Shown: positions 1 through 11,982 of the stretch, in pieces
How the letters are laid out: each line of letters starts with the position of its first letter
How positions within the stretch are numbered: position 1 is the stretch's first letter
Assembly (NCBI GenBank): GCA_965204755.1
Contig: OZ242011.1
Location: 1,984,001-2,048,000, forward strand
Length of the DNA: 64,000 nt
Source of the DNA: Candidatus Marinacidobacterium sp.
GTDB lineage: Bacteria > Acidobacteriota > Vicinamibacteria > Marinacidobacterales > Marinacidobacteraceae
Direction: 5' to 3'
Notes under the pieces: model-generated
Told to the model about the DNA's origin: nothing
The model's database searches: none
The model's input: the letters and a program-made list of their open reading frames with translations, nothing else
Position numbers and translations under genes: made by a program

Positions 1-1
1 A

Positions 2-553
2 GTGGAGGAACTGCTGCACGCCCCCGACCCGGCGACCGCGCGCGGGAAACGCGACCTCGCCATCCTGGAGTTGCTCTACGGGACCGGGGTGCGCGTCTCC
101 GAACTCGTCGGGCTCGACCTCACCGACCTGCAGCGGAACTCGCGGATCCTGCGGGTGCTGGGGAAGGGCGGCAAGGAGCGGGTCGCCCCCTTCGGGGAAG
201 TCGCCGCCGACGCCCTCGGCGACTACCTGTCCGCCCGCGGCGAACTCGCCGCCGCCGGCGCCGCGTCGGAAGCGGTCTTCCTGAACGCCCGCGGCGGCCG
301 GCTCACCGACCGCTCGGTGCGCACCATCGTGCGGCGCTACCTGGGCGAGGCGGGAATCGCCCACCTGGCCGGCAAGGCGACCCCCCACACGCTCCGCCAC
401 GCCTTCGCCACCCACCTCCTCGACCGGGGCGCCGACCTGCGCGCCATTCAGGAACTCCTCGGGCACGCCAGTCTGGCGACGACCCAGAAGTACACCCAGG
501 TCTCCACCGCCCGCCTGTTCGAGGTGTACGCCAAGTCCCACCCGAGGACCTGA
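2..553 (+). CDS. xerC: Tyrosine recombinase XerC/XerD (5'-truncated by window edge)
   Basis: RDLAILELLYGTGVRVSEL, GKGGKER, HTLRHAFATHLLDRGADLRAIQELLGHASLATTQKYT: complete R-K-H-R-H-Y catalytic set of chromosomal Xer type. Confidence 0.85.
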   Translation: MEELLHAPDPATARGKRDLAILELLYGTGVRVSELVGLDLTDLQRNSRILRVLGKGGKERVAPFGEVAADALGDYLSARGELAAAGAASEAVFLNARGGRLTDRSVRTIVRRYLGEAGIAHLAGKATPHTLRHAFATHLLDRGADLRAIQELLGHASLATTQKYTQVSTARLFEVYAKSHPRT

Positions 554-559
554 CGCCGG

Positions 560-1815
560 TCAATACCGGGGCGGGGGCCCGAACACCGCCGGGCAGTCGA
601 AGATGCGGCGGTAGCGGGCGACTTCCTCCGGGTCGCCGACGGTCTTGTTGGCGTCGTCGCTGAGTTTCACCAGCGGCCGCCCGTTCGCGCCCACCGGCTT
701 CACCACCAGCGAGTAGGTGGGCAGCCCGCAGTCGTGGGTGAGGTTCGTCCCCCACCCGAACGAGACCCCGATGCGCCCGCGGAATCGCCGGTGGAGCGCG
801 ACCAGGTCCTCCACGCGGAGCCCGTCGCTGAAGACCAGTGTCTTCGCGGCGGCGTCCACTCCCCGGTCGCGGTACCAGCGGAGCGCGCGTTCCCCGAAAG
901 CCGCCGGGTCGCCGGAGTCGTGGCGGACGCCGCGGAACCGGGCGGCGCGGGCCGCGTCCACCTCGCGGAAGTAGGACTCCGAACCCCAGGTGTCCGTGAG
1001 GAAGACGGAATACGGCGCCCCGTAGTCGTCCCGCCAGGCGTCGGCCGTCTCGAGGAACGACGCCGCGACGGCCTCGTCCGAATCCGCCCCGAGCGCCGCT
1101 CCCACCATGAAGACTTCGTGGGCGACCGTCCCCACCGGGGCGAGACCGTGGCGGAACGCGGAAGCCGCCGCCGAAGTCCCGACGAACTGCCCCGGCAGCG
1201 CCTCCGCCAGCCGCTCCTCGACTTCCTGCTGCCATTCCCGCGAGAACCGCCGCCGCGTGCCGAACGAGGCGAAGCGGACTCCGGGCTCCCCCCGCAGGAC
1301 CTCGATCTTCCGCGCCAGGTTCTCCCGGCCGGCGGCGAGCGCCTCCCGCTCCGCCCCGGCGCCCCCGGCGGCGAGCGCGGCGCGGACGAGGAGTTCGCTG
1401 AGCGTGGAGAGGAACAGCGTCTCCCAGAGAATCCCCTCCGCCCAACCGGCCTCGACCTCGAGCCGGAACCCGCCCCCCTCCACCGCCAACTCGAACGGCG
1501 GCAGCCGCAGCCGCGAGAGGAACGACAGGAAGTCCTCGCCGAAGAGCGCCCCTCCGCCGAGGTTCCGCAGGTAGTCGAGTTCCTCCGGGCGGAACGAGAG
1601 CCCCCGCACCCCTTCGAGCGCGTCCCGGAACTCCTCCGCCGGCAGCAGCGCCGCCAGGTTCGCGTCCCGGTCGCGGCAGATCAGCCGGTAGCGGACGCTC
1701 ACCGCGGGATGCCGCCGGAAGACGAACTGCCCCATCGTGAACTTGTAGAAGTCCACATCGAGGAGGGAGGCGACCGGAGGGGCCGCCCCCGGCCGGCGCG
1801 TCGTCAGGCGCGTCG

Positions 1816-1837
<22 letters not shown>
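560..1837 (-). CDS. pncB: Nicotinate phosphoribosyltransferase
   Basis: SLLDVDFYKFTMGQ, FGTRRRFS, GTVAHE, GVRHDSGDP, FSDGL, FGWGTNLT, VKLSD motifs. Confidence 0.93.
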
Positions 1838-4243
<2,406 letters not shown>

Positions 4244-4274
4244 GAGCGGCGGCGCCGGGAGAGGGGGCGCCCCG

Positions 4275-4359
4275 CGGAGGGAGAGGGATTCGAACCCCCG
4301 GACCCTTGCGGGTCAGTGGTTTTCAAGACCACCGCCTTCGGCCGCTCGGCCATCCCTCC
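4275..4359 (-). tRNA. tRNA-Ser (anticodon TGA)
   Basis: Reverse complement GGAGGGATGGCCGAGCGG...GTGGTCTTGAAAACCAC...long variable arm...GGTTCGAATCCCTCTCCCTCCG; CCA not encoded. Confidence 0.95.
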
Positions 4360-4499
4360 GTGGGAGGGGCGCCCCGTCGGGGGGCCGGCGGCTAGCGGCG
4401 CGCCGGCCCTACGACGACGAGGCTGATCGCCGGCGACTCATTCCCCGGAGACTCATAACCCTGTCAGCGGTCTGTCGGCGGGCGTCGGCGCGGCCCGGC

Positions 4500-5426
4500 T
4501 CAGTCCTGCGGCGGCAGGGCGTCCAGCATCGCCTGCGCCTGCGCCGCTTCCGCGCTCTCCGGGTCCACCTCGATCACCATGCGCAGGTGCTCGGCGGCGG
4601 CCGCGAGGTCGCCGGTGTTCAGGTAGGCCATGCCGATCTGCAGGTGCGGCTCGCCCCAGTCCGGGCGGCGCTCGGCGGCGATCTCGTAGAAGGGGATCGC
4701 ACCGGCGGCGTTCCCGGTCTGGAAGTAGATCTGCCCCACATTGAAGGGGATGACCTCGTCTTCGGTCACTTCCACGGCCATCTCGAAGTACTTGACCGCT
4801 TCCTCCATGTCGTTCTGGCCGGCGGCGGTCTCGGCGAGCCCCACCAGCGCGCCGGGGTGGTCCATCTCCTGGTCGAGCACCATCTGGAACGCGGCCTTCG
4901 CCTCGTCCGGCCGGCCGAGTTCGCGCAGCACGCTGCCCCGGTTCAGGTTCACCTGGTAGATCGTCGGGTCGGCGGCCAGCACTTCGTCGTACTTGGCCAG
5001 CGCCTCGTCGAACCGACCGGCCTGGTGGAGTTCCTGAGCCTCCGCGAGCAGGCCGCCGCCGGTTCCCGCCGACTGCCCCATCTGCGCCTTCTCCAGCACC
5101 AGGTCCATGTCCGGGTTCTTCCCGGCCTGCTTCATCGGCGCCTGGTAGTTGTAGGGCATGAACCCGGTCGCCTGCACCGCGAAGTCGTAGGTGCGGCTGC
5201 GGAAGCCGAGGATCGCCCAGCGCCCGTTGTCGTCGGCGGTGGCTTCGAGCACCCGCCCGGAGTCCCCGGTCTGCGCGGTGACCGTCGCCCCGGGGATGGG
5301 GTTGCCCTCCTGGTCCTTGACCGTCCCGGAGACGCGGCCGGTCCCCATCTGCGCCCAGGCGAAGGCGCCGGTCAGCAGGAGCGCCGGCGCGGCGAGCGCC
5401 GGGATCGTCCGGAAGTTCCGTCTCAT
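4500..5426 (-). CDS. Secreted carboxypeptidase-regulatory-like domain + TPR protein
   Basis: Signal peptide, GRVSGTVKDQEGNPIPGATVT beta-sandwich motif, several TPR-like helical repeats. Confidence 0.8.
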   Translation of the reverse strand: MRRNFRTIPALAAPALLLTGAFAWAQMGTGRVSGTVKDQEGNPIPGATVTAQTGDSGRVLEATADDNGRWAILGFRSRTYDFAVQATGFMPYNYQAPMKQAGKNPDMDLVLEKAQMGQSAGTGGGLLAEAQELHQAGRFDEALAKYDEVLAADPTIYQVNLNRGSVLRELGRPDEAKAAFQMVLDQEMDHPGALVGLAETAAGQNDMEEAVKYFEMAVEVTEDEVIPFNVGQIYFQTGNAAGAIPFYEIAAERRPDWGEPHLQIGMAYLNTGDLAAAAEHLRMVIEVDPESAEAAQAQAMLDALPPQD

Positions 5427-5479
5427 GGTGTCTCTCCTTCGGCGGCGCCGCCGGAAACGGGCGCCCCTCTGCGTCCGGC

Positions 5480-5553
5480 TGGCTGGGAAGCAGGGACTCG
5501 AACCCCGATTCCACGGTCCAGAGCCGTGTGTCCTGCCATTGGACGACTTCCCA
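5480..5553 (-). tRNA. tRNA-Gln (anticodon CTG)
   Basis: Reverse complement TGGGAAGTCGTCCAATGGCAGGAC-ACACGGCTCTGGACCGTG-...GGTTCGAGTCCCTGCTTCCCAGCCA. Confidence 0.95.
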
Positions 5554-5630
5554 GTTTCACGGGAACCCGTGAGGATAGCAGGGTCGGGGTGGTCGCCCCC
5601 GGCCCTCGGCGCCCCCGGCCCCGCCCGCCG

Positions 5631-6350
5631 TCAGGCCGGCGCGACCGCCGGCATCTCGTCCCAGGTGCGCCCGTCCAGCAGCCGCCCGGTCCGCTTCTTG
5701 AAGACCCCGCCCCACTGCTTGAAGAAGAACGGCACCCCCTCCCGCCGGCATCCGTCGCGGATGTCCCGCACCCACGCCGCCTCCATCGGCCGCGCCCCCG
5801 GCCCGGACTCCCCGCCGGCGATCACCCAGTCCACCCCGCCGAGTCGGAGCCCCGGCAGCGGCCCGAGCAGCGGCTCCAGCGACAGGAACTTGGTGCGGGC
5901 GCCGGTCTCCCGCAGCATCGGCAGCCGGAAGAGGGTCTCCTCCGACTCGATGCTCGTCCCCAGCCAGATGTTCGGCGTCCAGTCGAGCCGCCCGGAGAGC
6001 GTCACCGCCCGCCGGGGCCGCTTCGTCAGCACCTGGAAGGTGTGGCGGGAGGCCCGGTTCATCACGGCGAACACCCGCTCGATGAACGCGGTCGGCACCT
6101 CCCGGTGGAAGAGGTCGGACATGGAGTTCACGAACACCACCCGCGGCTTCCGCCACCGCAGCGGCTCGCCGAGCGTCCCCGGATGGATCGTCGTCCGGAA
6201 CCCGTTCCGGTACTTCGCCACCCCCATCGCCCGCAGCCGCCCCGCCATCCGCTCCGCGTAGCACCGCTCACACCCGGCGCTGACCTTGGTGCACCCGGTC
6301 ACCGGGTTCCAGGTCACCTCCGTCCACTCGATGGCGGAGACGGTGGACAT
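5631..6350 (-). CDS. DUF5131 (phage Gp37/Gp68-like, three-Cys motif) protein
   Basis: [65 protein letters not shown]. Confidence 0.92.
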   Translation of the reverse strand: MSTVSAIEWTEVTWNPVTGCTKVSAGCERCYAERMAGRLRAMGVAKYRNGFRTTIHPGTLGEPLRWRKPRVVFVNSMSDLFHREVPTAFIERVFAVMNRASRHTFQVLTKRPRRAVTLSGRLDWTPNIWLGTSIESEETLFRLPMLRETGARTKFLSLEPLLGPLPGLRLGGVDWVIAGGESGPGARPMEAAWVRDIRDGCRREGVPFFFKQWGGVFKKRTGRLLDGRTWDEMPAVAPA

Positions 6351-6480
6351 CGCGGCCTCCCTTTCAGTCCGGGCGCCCGGCGCCGGTCACGGCGGCGAAC
6401 GGTACCCCCACTCCCGGCGCCGCGCCTCGGCCGCGGGTCGCACCCGCCGAAAGGCAGCCGCCGGCCCGGCCGGGTCGCCC

Positions 6481-6831
6481 CGCCCGCGCTACCCTCCCGT
6501 CGGCGCGCGCGACAACGGTGCTATTCCGCCTGCCGTAGCCCGCTCCTCCGGGAGCGCCGTGGCGCAATGTGGGGTTGCCGGCCTCGGCCGGATGGCGGGC
6601 CCCACCGCGCGCCACACTTCGAGACGCCGGGCGCCGGCTGACACCCGCCGGGCTGGATTCGCGGATCAGATCGCCGGCGATGCACACCGTTCCGCCCGCC
6701 CGCGCTACATTCCCGTCGGCGCGCGTGACGACGGTGCTATTCCGCCTGCCGTAGCCCGCTCCTCCGGGAGTGCGTGCGCAATGTGGGGTTGCCGGTCTCG
6801 GCCGGATGGCGGGCCCCACCGCGCGCCACAC
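6481..6831. repeat. Two ~135-bp direct repeats (6481-6617, 6697-6831) with internal hairpins, REP-like
   Basis: Near-identical copies 216 bp apart. Each has GTAG followed by a CGCTCC..GGAG(C/T)G hairpin and a second GTGGGG...CCCCAC hairpin. Confidence 0.8.
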
Positions 6832-6854
6832 CTCATTCGAGACGGTGGGCATGG

Positions 6855-7715
6855 CTACTCGCCTTCGCTGAATCGCAGAAGGTGACCGGCGATATCCGTA
6901 GCGGTCTTCGTGCCCTTGGGATGGCCGGCGCAGAACATGAACTCGAACAAGGGGCCGCCTCGCGAGTTCCTCAACAGTGCTGACTGTTCCAAGAACCGTG
7001 AGCCAAAGGTCCTCCGTAGGTTGCGCTTATAGATTGAGACGAGACCCTCGACACCGGACTGACGCTTCACCTTGTCGCCGCCGAAAAGTGTGCCCTGGGC
7101 CTCATAGAGATCTCTCCAAGACTCGTCGCCGTAGATCCGAGTGAGCGTTGCCTTCCAAGCCGGCGAGACGCTCTCGGGGTCTCTCGCCTTCGGCAATAGC
7201 CGTGCAATGGCGGACACGGGGAAGAGGATCCAGGTGTCGAACATCCGCAGTCGGGCGATCCGCTTCATCGTCTGCCATTCAATTTGAGTGGCGAACGGAT
7301 CGAGAAAGAGAACGCCGCGCCATCCGTACGCAGGAAACTCGCGGTGCTGCAGGAAGTCGTTGGCGTCGGTCTCGTGGATGTCGATCCAGCGACCGCGATA
7401 GTCCCGCCGCAGGTGCGCGAGTGCCCTGCATCGCGCGTGGTCGCGTTCGATGAAGATGCACCGGTCGAAGGGTCGGTCGTCGACCTCCAAAGCGCGTCGG
7501 GCGGAACCCTTGAGGAATTCCCGCTCTGGTTCGCCGAAGTCGGATCTGAACCGGGGCTCGATCCACCCGGTACCGGCGAACGCATCGATGTACATCAGAT
7601 GGAAACCCTTGTTCTTCAGCGCCGTCGTGTAGGCACGCAGATAGCCCGTCAAGATCGCCAGTTTCTGCATGGTCCATTTGCCGCCGAACGAAGTGGCGCG
7701 CGGCGCAGTCGTCAT
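6855..7715 (-). CDS. tcmP: Three-Cys-motif partner protein (methyltransferase-like)
   Basis: FGGKWTMQKLAILTGYL, YIDAFAGTG, KGSARRAL, VLFLDPFA; co-oriented with DUF5131; visibly lower GC. Confidence 0.85.
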   Translation of the reverse strand: MTTAPRATSFGGKWTMQKLAILTGYLRAYTTALKNKGFHLMYIDAFAGTGWIEPRFRSDFGEPEREFLKGSARRALEVDDRPFDRCIFIERDHARCRALAHLRRDYRGRWIDIHETDANDFLQHREFPAYGWRGVLFLDPFATQIEWQTMKRIARLRMFDTWILFPVSAIARLLPKARDPESVSPAWKATLTRIYGDESWRDLYEAQGTLFGGDKVKRQSGVEGLVSIYKRNLRRTFGSRFLEQSALLRNSRGGPLFEFMFCAGHPKGTKTATDIAGHLLRFSEGE

Positions 7716-7852
7716 TATCAGAGAAAAATGCCTACTGCTGCGTCAGATTCCGTCATGGGGAACGAGCCGGATTGCTTCATGGGTCCAGTCAACGCCGTCG
7801 AACTTGGCGGGGCAGTCTCACGCACGCACTTACCGGCTTGCCACAAGGCCGG

Positions 7853-8281
7853 TTATGCCGGATTTCGCGGTCTGTCGGTGCCTTGGCCGCGCCGGTCCCC
7901 GGCAATGTAGGCGATTCCGTCGAAGGGGAGGTTCGGGATTCGCGTCGGGGCGCGGTGGGCGGTGACCTGCGAGCGCACGGCAGCCTTCATGACCTCCTTC
8001 CAAGCCTCGGCCGGGGCCGGGGTCAGCAGGTGGTCGAGGTGTCCGTGGATCCGCAGATGTTCCTCGGCGGTGGCGGCGAGGCCGCGCTCGAAGTGCGTTC
8101 TGGCTTGGGGCTCCGTGTCGCCCATCGCCAGGTAGTCCACTTCGAGGCCTTGGGCGAACCAGAAGGAGTCGTCCCGGCCGACCCGGACCCTCAGGTCACC
8201 CATCCCGCCCGCGCGGGGAGGCCGGTCGTCGGCTACGGCGGCCCCGCCCTCACTGGCGGACGCGGTTTGCGGCTGCTCCAT
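7853..8281 (-). CDS. Hypothetical protein with HicB-like N-terminal motif
   Basis: WFAQGLEVDYLAMGDTEPQARTHF resembles the HicB partial RNase-H-fold motif. Confidence 0.45.
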   Translation of the reverse strand: MEQPQTASASEGGAAVADDRPPRAGGMGDLRVRVGRDDSFWFAQGLEVDYLAMGDTEPQARTHFERGLAATAEEHLRIHGHLDHLLTPAPAEAWKEVMKAAVRSQVTAHRAPTRIPNLPFDGIAYIAGDRRGQGTDRPRNPA

Positions 8282-8296
8282 GTCGGAAATCTAACA

Positions 8297-8336
8297 CTTG
8301 ATATCAAGACTGCGCAAGCCACGGAACGGCTATGAT
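8297..8336. promoter_or_regulatory. Perfect 12-bp palindrome CTTGATATCAAG and a -10-like TATGAT in the divergent promoter region
   Basis: Palindrome at 8297-8308; TATGAT at 8331-8336, upstream of the helicase start. Confidence 0.4.
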
Positions 8337-8365
8337 GCTCCGGTCATGACGGGCGGAGGCTGCCG

Positions 8366-11300
8366 GTGAACCTCATCTCCGCCGGCGCGGAGGTGCGGCG
8401 GGTGCGGCGGCGGTTGGGGTTGACGCAGGAGCAATTCGCGGAGGCGTTGCGGGTGACGCCGCTCACGATCCATCGGTGGGAGACCGGGCAATCCCGGCCG
8501 CAGCGGGCGGCGCGGGAGAGGCTGCAGCGGTTCGAGGAGCAGGTGGCGGCCATGGAATCCGGGCGGGCCGCGGAGCCCATGGCCGGCCCCGCCGACCCGC
8601 CGGCGCTGGACTTCGCCGGGAACCCGCAGGCCGCGGCGACCGTGGCCGAGGCGCTGCGGCTGGCGCACGGGCACCAGTTCAACCCGGCGTTCGCCGCCGA
8701 GACCGCCCGCATAGACCCCCTCCCGCACCAGCGGATCGCCGTGTACGAGCGGATGCTCGCCCAGGACCCCCTCCGCTTCCTGCTCGCCGACGACGCCGGG
8801 GCCGGGAAGACGATCATGACCGGCCTCTACCTCCGGGAGATGCTGTCCCGGGGGCGGCTCGCCCGGGCGCTGGTCGTCCCGCCCGCCGGATTGGTCGGCA
8901 ACTGGGAGCGCGAACTCCGCGAACTCTTCCGCCTCCGCTTCCGCATCGTCTCCGGCGCGGACATCCGCGAGGGCGGCGCGTTCGACGGCCCCGGCAGCGA
9001 CCTCGTCATCGTCTCCCTGGACACCCTCGCCCGCGAAACCGCCTTCGAGGCGCTCCGCGCCGAAACCGTCCGCCCCTACGACCTCGTCGTCTTCGACGAG
9101 GCGCACAAACTGGCCGCCCGGGTCCACGCCGGCCGGGTCACCGCCACCCGCCGCTACCGGCTGGCCGAAGCGCTGGCCGGCGTCCGGTCCGCCTCCTCGA
9201 AGCGGGACTTCGCCGGCCTCCGCTGGCGCGCCCGGGGCCTGCTGCTGCTCACCGCGACGCCGCACATGGGCAAGGACGCGCCCTACCACTTCCTCTGGCG
9301 GCTCCTCGACCCCCACGCCTTCTCTACCGGCGAGGCCTGCCGCCGCGCCGGCGCCCCCCTCCGCAACCGCCACTTCATCCGCCGCACGAAGGAGGAGATG
9401 GTCACCCTCACCGGCGAGCCGCTCTACCGCCCCCGCCGCTGCAACACCGTCTCCTACGGCCTGACCGACGGCCCCGATGGCGAAAAGGCCCTCTACCGGC
9501 TCACCACCGACTACCTCCAAACGACCTACGGCCGCGCCCTCTCCAACCGCCCCGCAGCGCAGTTGGCGATGGGCGTCTTCCAGCGGCGACTGGCCAGTTC
9601 CACCTGGGCCGTCCTCCGCTCCTTCGAGCGCCGGATCCGGAAACTCCGCGAAGCCGCCGCCGACCTGGAATCGGGGCGGACGGACGCGCGGGCGCTCCGC
9701 GCCGCCCAGCGGCAGTTGGACGCCCGCCACGGCGAGGACTGGTTCGAGACCCGCACCGCCGACGAGGACGCCGGCCCGGACGGCGCCGACGAGGGCCGCG
9801 ACAACTACGAGGACGCCGTGCTCGGCGCCTTCGTCGAACTCACCGTGGAGGGCCTGCAGAAGGAGATCGCGACCCTTCGAGACCTCCGCGACCGCGCCCG
9901 CCGACTGTTGGACGCCGGCGACGAGTCCAAGTTCGACCGCCTGCGCGAGGTGCTCGAAGCCCCGGACGAGGAAGACGACGAGCCCGGCGCGGGCAAGTGG
10001 CTCCTCTTCAGCGAGCACCGGGACACCGCCGACTACCTGGTGCGCCGCTTGGAGGGACTCGGCTTCGTCGGCGGGGTGGCGCTGATCCACGGCGGCCTCA
10101 CCTGGCGCGAGCGCGAGGAGCAGGTCGCGCACTTCCGCGACCCGCAGGGCGCCCGCTACCTGGTCGCCACCGACGCCGCCGGGGAGGGCATCAACCTCCA
10201 GTTCTGCTCGCGGATGGCCAACTACGACATCCCCTGGAACCCGGCGCGGCTGGAGCAGCGGATGGGCCGCATCCACCGCTACGGCCAGCGGCGCGAAGTG
10301 CGCATCGCCAACCTGGTCGCCGGCGACACCTACGAAGGCCGCGTCCTGGAAGTCCTGCTCGAGAAGTTGGACGCGATCCGCGACGAACTCTCCAGCGACA
10401 AGGTGTTCGATGTCATCGGCCGCCTGTTCGAGGGCCGGCCGCTCGGCGAAGTGATGCTCGGCGGCCTCGCCGGCGACCGCGACGCGGAGGCCGCCGAGCG
10501 TCTGCTCGCCGGGCGGTTGACCGCCGAACGCGTGGCCGAAGTCACCGAGGAGCAGCAGCGGATCTACGGCAACCCCGGGGAAGTCGCCGAGCGGCTCCCG
10601 GAACTCCGGGCCGACCTCGACCGCGAGCGCTACCTCGAACTGCTGCCGGCGTATGTGCGGCGGTTCGTGGAACAGGCGGCCCCGCTGCTCGACCTGGAAG
10701 TCCGCGGCGATCCGGACGGTTTCTTCACGCTGGCGTCCGCCCGGCCCGGCGCACTCGACCCGCTGCTCCCCGCGCTGGAAACCCACCCGCCGATCGCGCG
10801 CTCCCGCCTCTCTGCGCGCCGCCCGCCGGCGGAACCGGGCGAGCCCGGCGTCTGGCTCCACCCCGGCGAACCGGTCTTCGACACGCTCGCCGACGAGGTC
10901 GGACGGCGCCACCGGCGCGACGCCCGGCGCGGCGCGATCTTCGTGGACGCCCGGGCGGAGGAGCCGTACTTCCTCCACCTGGCGCTGGTCACCGTCGAAC
11001 GCCTGCGGGAGCCGGTCGAGGTCGAGGGGCATCCCGGCCTCTTCGAAGCGCGGCCCGACACCGAACCGGAAGTCCTCGAGCGCCGCCTCCTCGGCATCCG
11101 CCATGCCGCCGGCGCCGCCCCGACCACGGAGCCCGTCGAGCGGCTGATGCTCCTGCGCCCGGCGCCGGAAATCGCCCCCGGCGGCGTCCCGCTGGCCGCC
11201 CGCGGCGTCGCGATGCGGGCGGAGTCCGCGGCGCTCGCGGAGCGCGCGCGGGACGACCTCGTGGAGGAGCGCCGGAACGCGGCGCGGCGCGAACTGCCGG

Positions 11301-11968
11301 AGCGCCGCCGCCGGCTGGCGGTCGGCTTCGACCTGAAAGCCGCCGAACTCGCCGCCCGCCGCGCCGAACTCGCCTCCGGCAAGCGCGCCCCGGAGGACGG
11401 GGAGCGGGAGGAAGTCCGCAACGAACAGCGCCTCCTCGCCCGGGAAAAACGCCGAGCCCTGGCCCGCCTCGAAGCCGAACCGAGCCGGATCGTCCCCGGC
11501 GGCGCCCCGCTGCTCCTCCACGCGCTGGTCGTCCCCTCGGACGACGAGGAGGAGAAGCAGCAATACGACGCGACCGTGGAGGAGATCGCCGTGCGCCACG
11601 CCGTCGAGTGGGAGCGGCGGCGCGGCCGGGAAGTGAGCGATGTTTCCAAACCGGCTCTCGCCCGCGCCCGGGGGCTTTCCGACTGGCCGGGCTTCGACCT
11701 CCTCTCCCGCGGCCCGGACGGCGAGGAGATCTGCATCGAGGTCAAGGGCCGCGCCGGCCGGGGCTCGATCCACTTCCAGGGCAACGAGTGGAAGCAGGCC
11801 ATGAACCGGGAGGACACCTACTGGCTCTACGCCGTCCTCGACTGCGCCACCCCGACTCCGCGCCTCCAGCGAATCCGGAACCCGTTCCGCCAGTTCCTGG
11901 TCCGCGAACAGGTCTCGCTCGCCTATACGATTCCGGCATCGAAACTGATCGAGTGCGCAGAGAAGTGA
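8366..11968 (+). CDS. XRE-HTH + SNF2 helicase + DUF3883 (PD-(D/E)XK-like) protein
   Basis: N-term LGLTQEQFAEALRVTPLTIHRWETG; LLADDAGAGKT, DEAH, TATPH, ATDAAGEGINLQ, WNPARLEQRMGRIHRYGQ; C-term GFDLLS..IEVKGR..EWKQA. Confidence 0.92.
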   Translation: MNLISAGAEVRRVRRRLGLTQEQFAEALRVTPLTIHRWETGQSRPQRAARERLQRFEEQVAAMESGRAAEPMAGPADPPALDFAGNPQAAATVAEALRLAHGHQFNPAFAAETARIDPLPHQRIAVYERMLAQDPLRFLLADDAGAGKTIMTGLYLREMLSRGRLARALVVPPAGLVGNWERELRELFRLRFRIVSGADIREGGAFDGPGSDLVIVSLDTLARETAFEALRAETVRPYDLVVFDEAHKLAARVHAGRVTATRRYRLAEALAGVRSASSKRDFAGLRWRARGLLLLTATPHMGKDAPYHFLWRLLDPHAFSTGEACRRAGAPLRNRHFIRRTKEEMVTLTGEPLYRPRRCNTVSYGLTDGPDGEKALYRLTTDYLQTTYGRALSNRPAAQLAMGVFQRRLASSTWAVLRSFERRIRKLREAAADLESGRTDARALRAAQRQLDARHGEDWFETRTADEDAGPDGADEGRDNYEDAVLGAFVELTVEGLQKEIATLRDLRDRARRLLDAGDESKFDRLREVLEAPDEEDDEPGAGKWLLFSEHRDTADYLVRRLEGLGFVGGVALIHGGLTWREREEQVAHFRDPQGARYLVATDAAGEGINLQFCSRMANYDIPWNPARLEQRMGRIHRYGQRREVRIANLVAGDTYEGRVLEVLLEKLDAIRDELSSDKVFDVIGRLFEGRPLGEVMLGGLAGDRDAEAAERLLAGRLTAERVAEVTEEQQRIYGNPGEVAERLPELRADLDRERYLELLPAYVRRFVEQAAPLLDLEVRGDPDGFFTLASARPGALDPLLPALETHPPIARSRLSARRPPAEPGEPGVWLHPGEPVFDTLADEVGRRHRRDARRGAIFVDARAEEPYFLHLALVTVERLREPVEVEGHPGLFEARPDTEPEVLERRLLGIRHAAGAAPTTEPVERLMLLRPAPEIAPGGVPLAARGVAMRAESAALAERARDDLVEERRNAARRELPERRRRLAVGFDLKAAELAARRAELASGKRAPEDGEREEVRNEQRLLAREKRRALARLEAEPSRIVPGGAPLLLHALVVPSDDEEEKQQYDATVEEIAVRHAVEWERRRGREVSDVSKPALARARGLSDWPGFDLLSRGPDGEEICIEVKGRAGRGSIHFQGNEWKQAMNREDTYWLYAVLDCATPTPRLQRIRNPFRQFLVREQVSLAYTIPASKLIECAEK

Positions 11969-11982
11969 AGGAGGCTGACCCC

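Noticed and set aside
2-553. Integrase of the defence island
   Set aside because: Chromosomal XerC/D-type sequence, separated from the island by housekeeping genes
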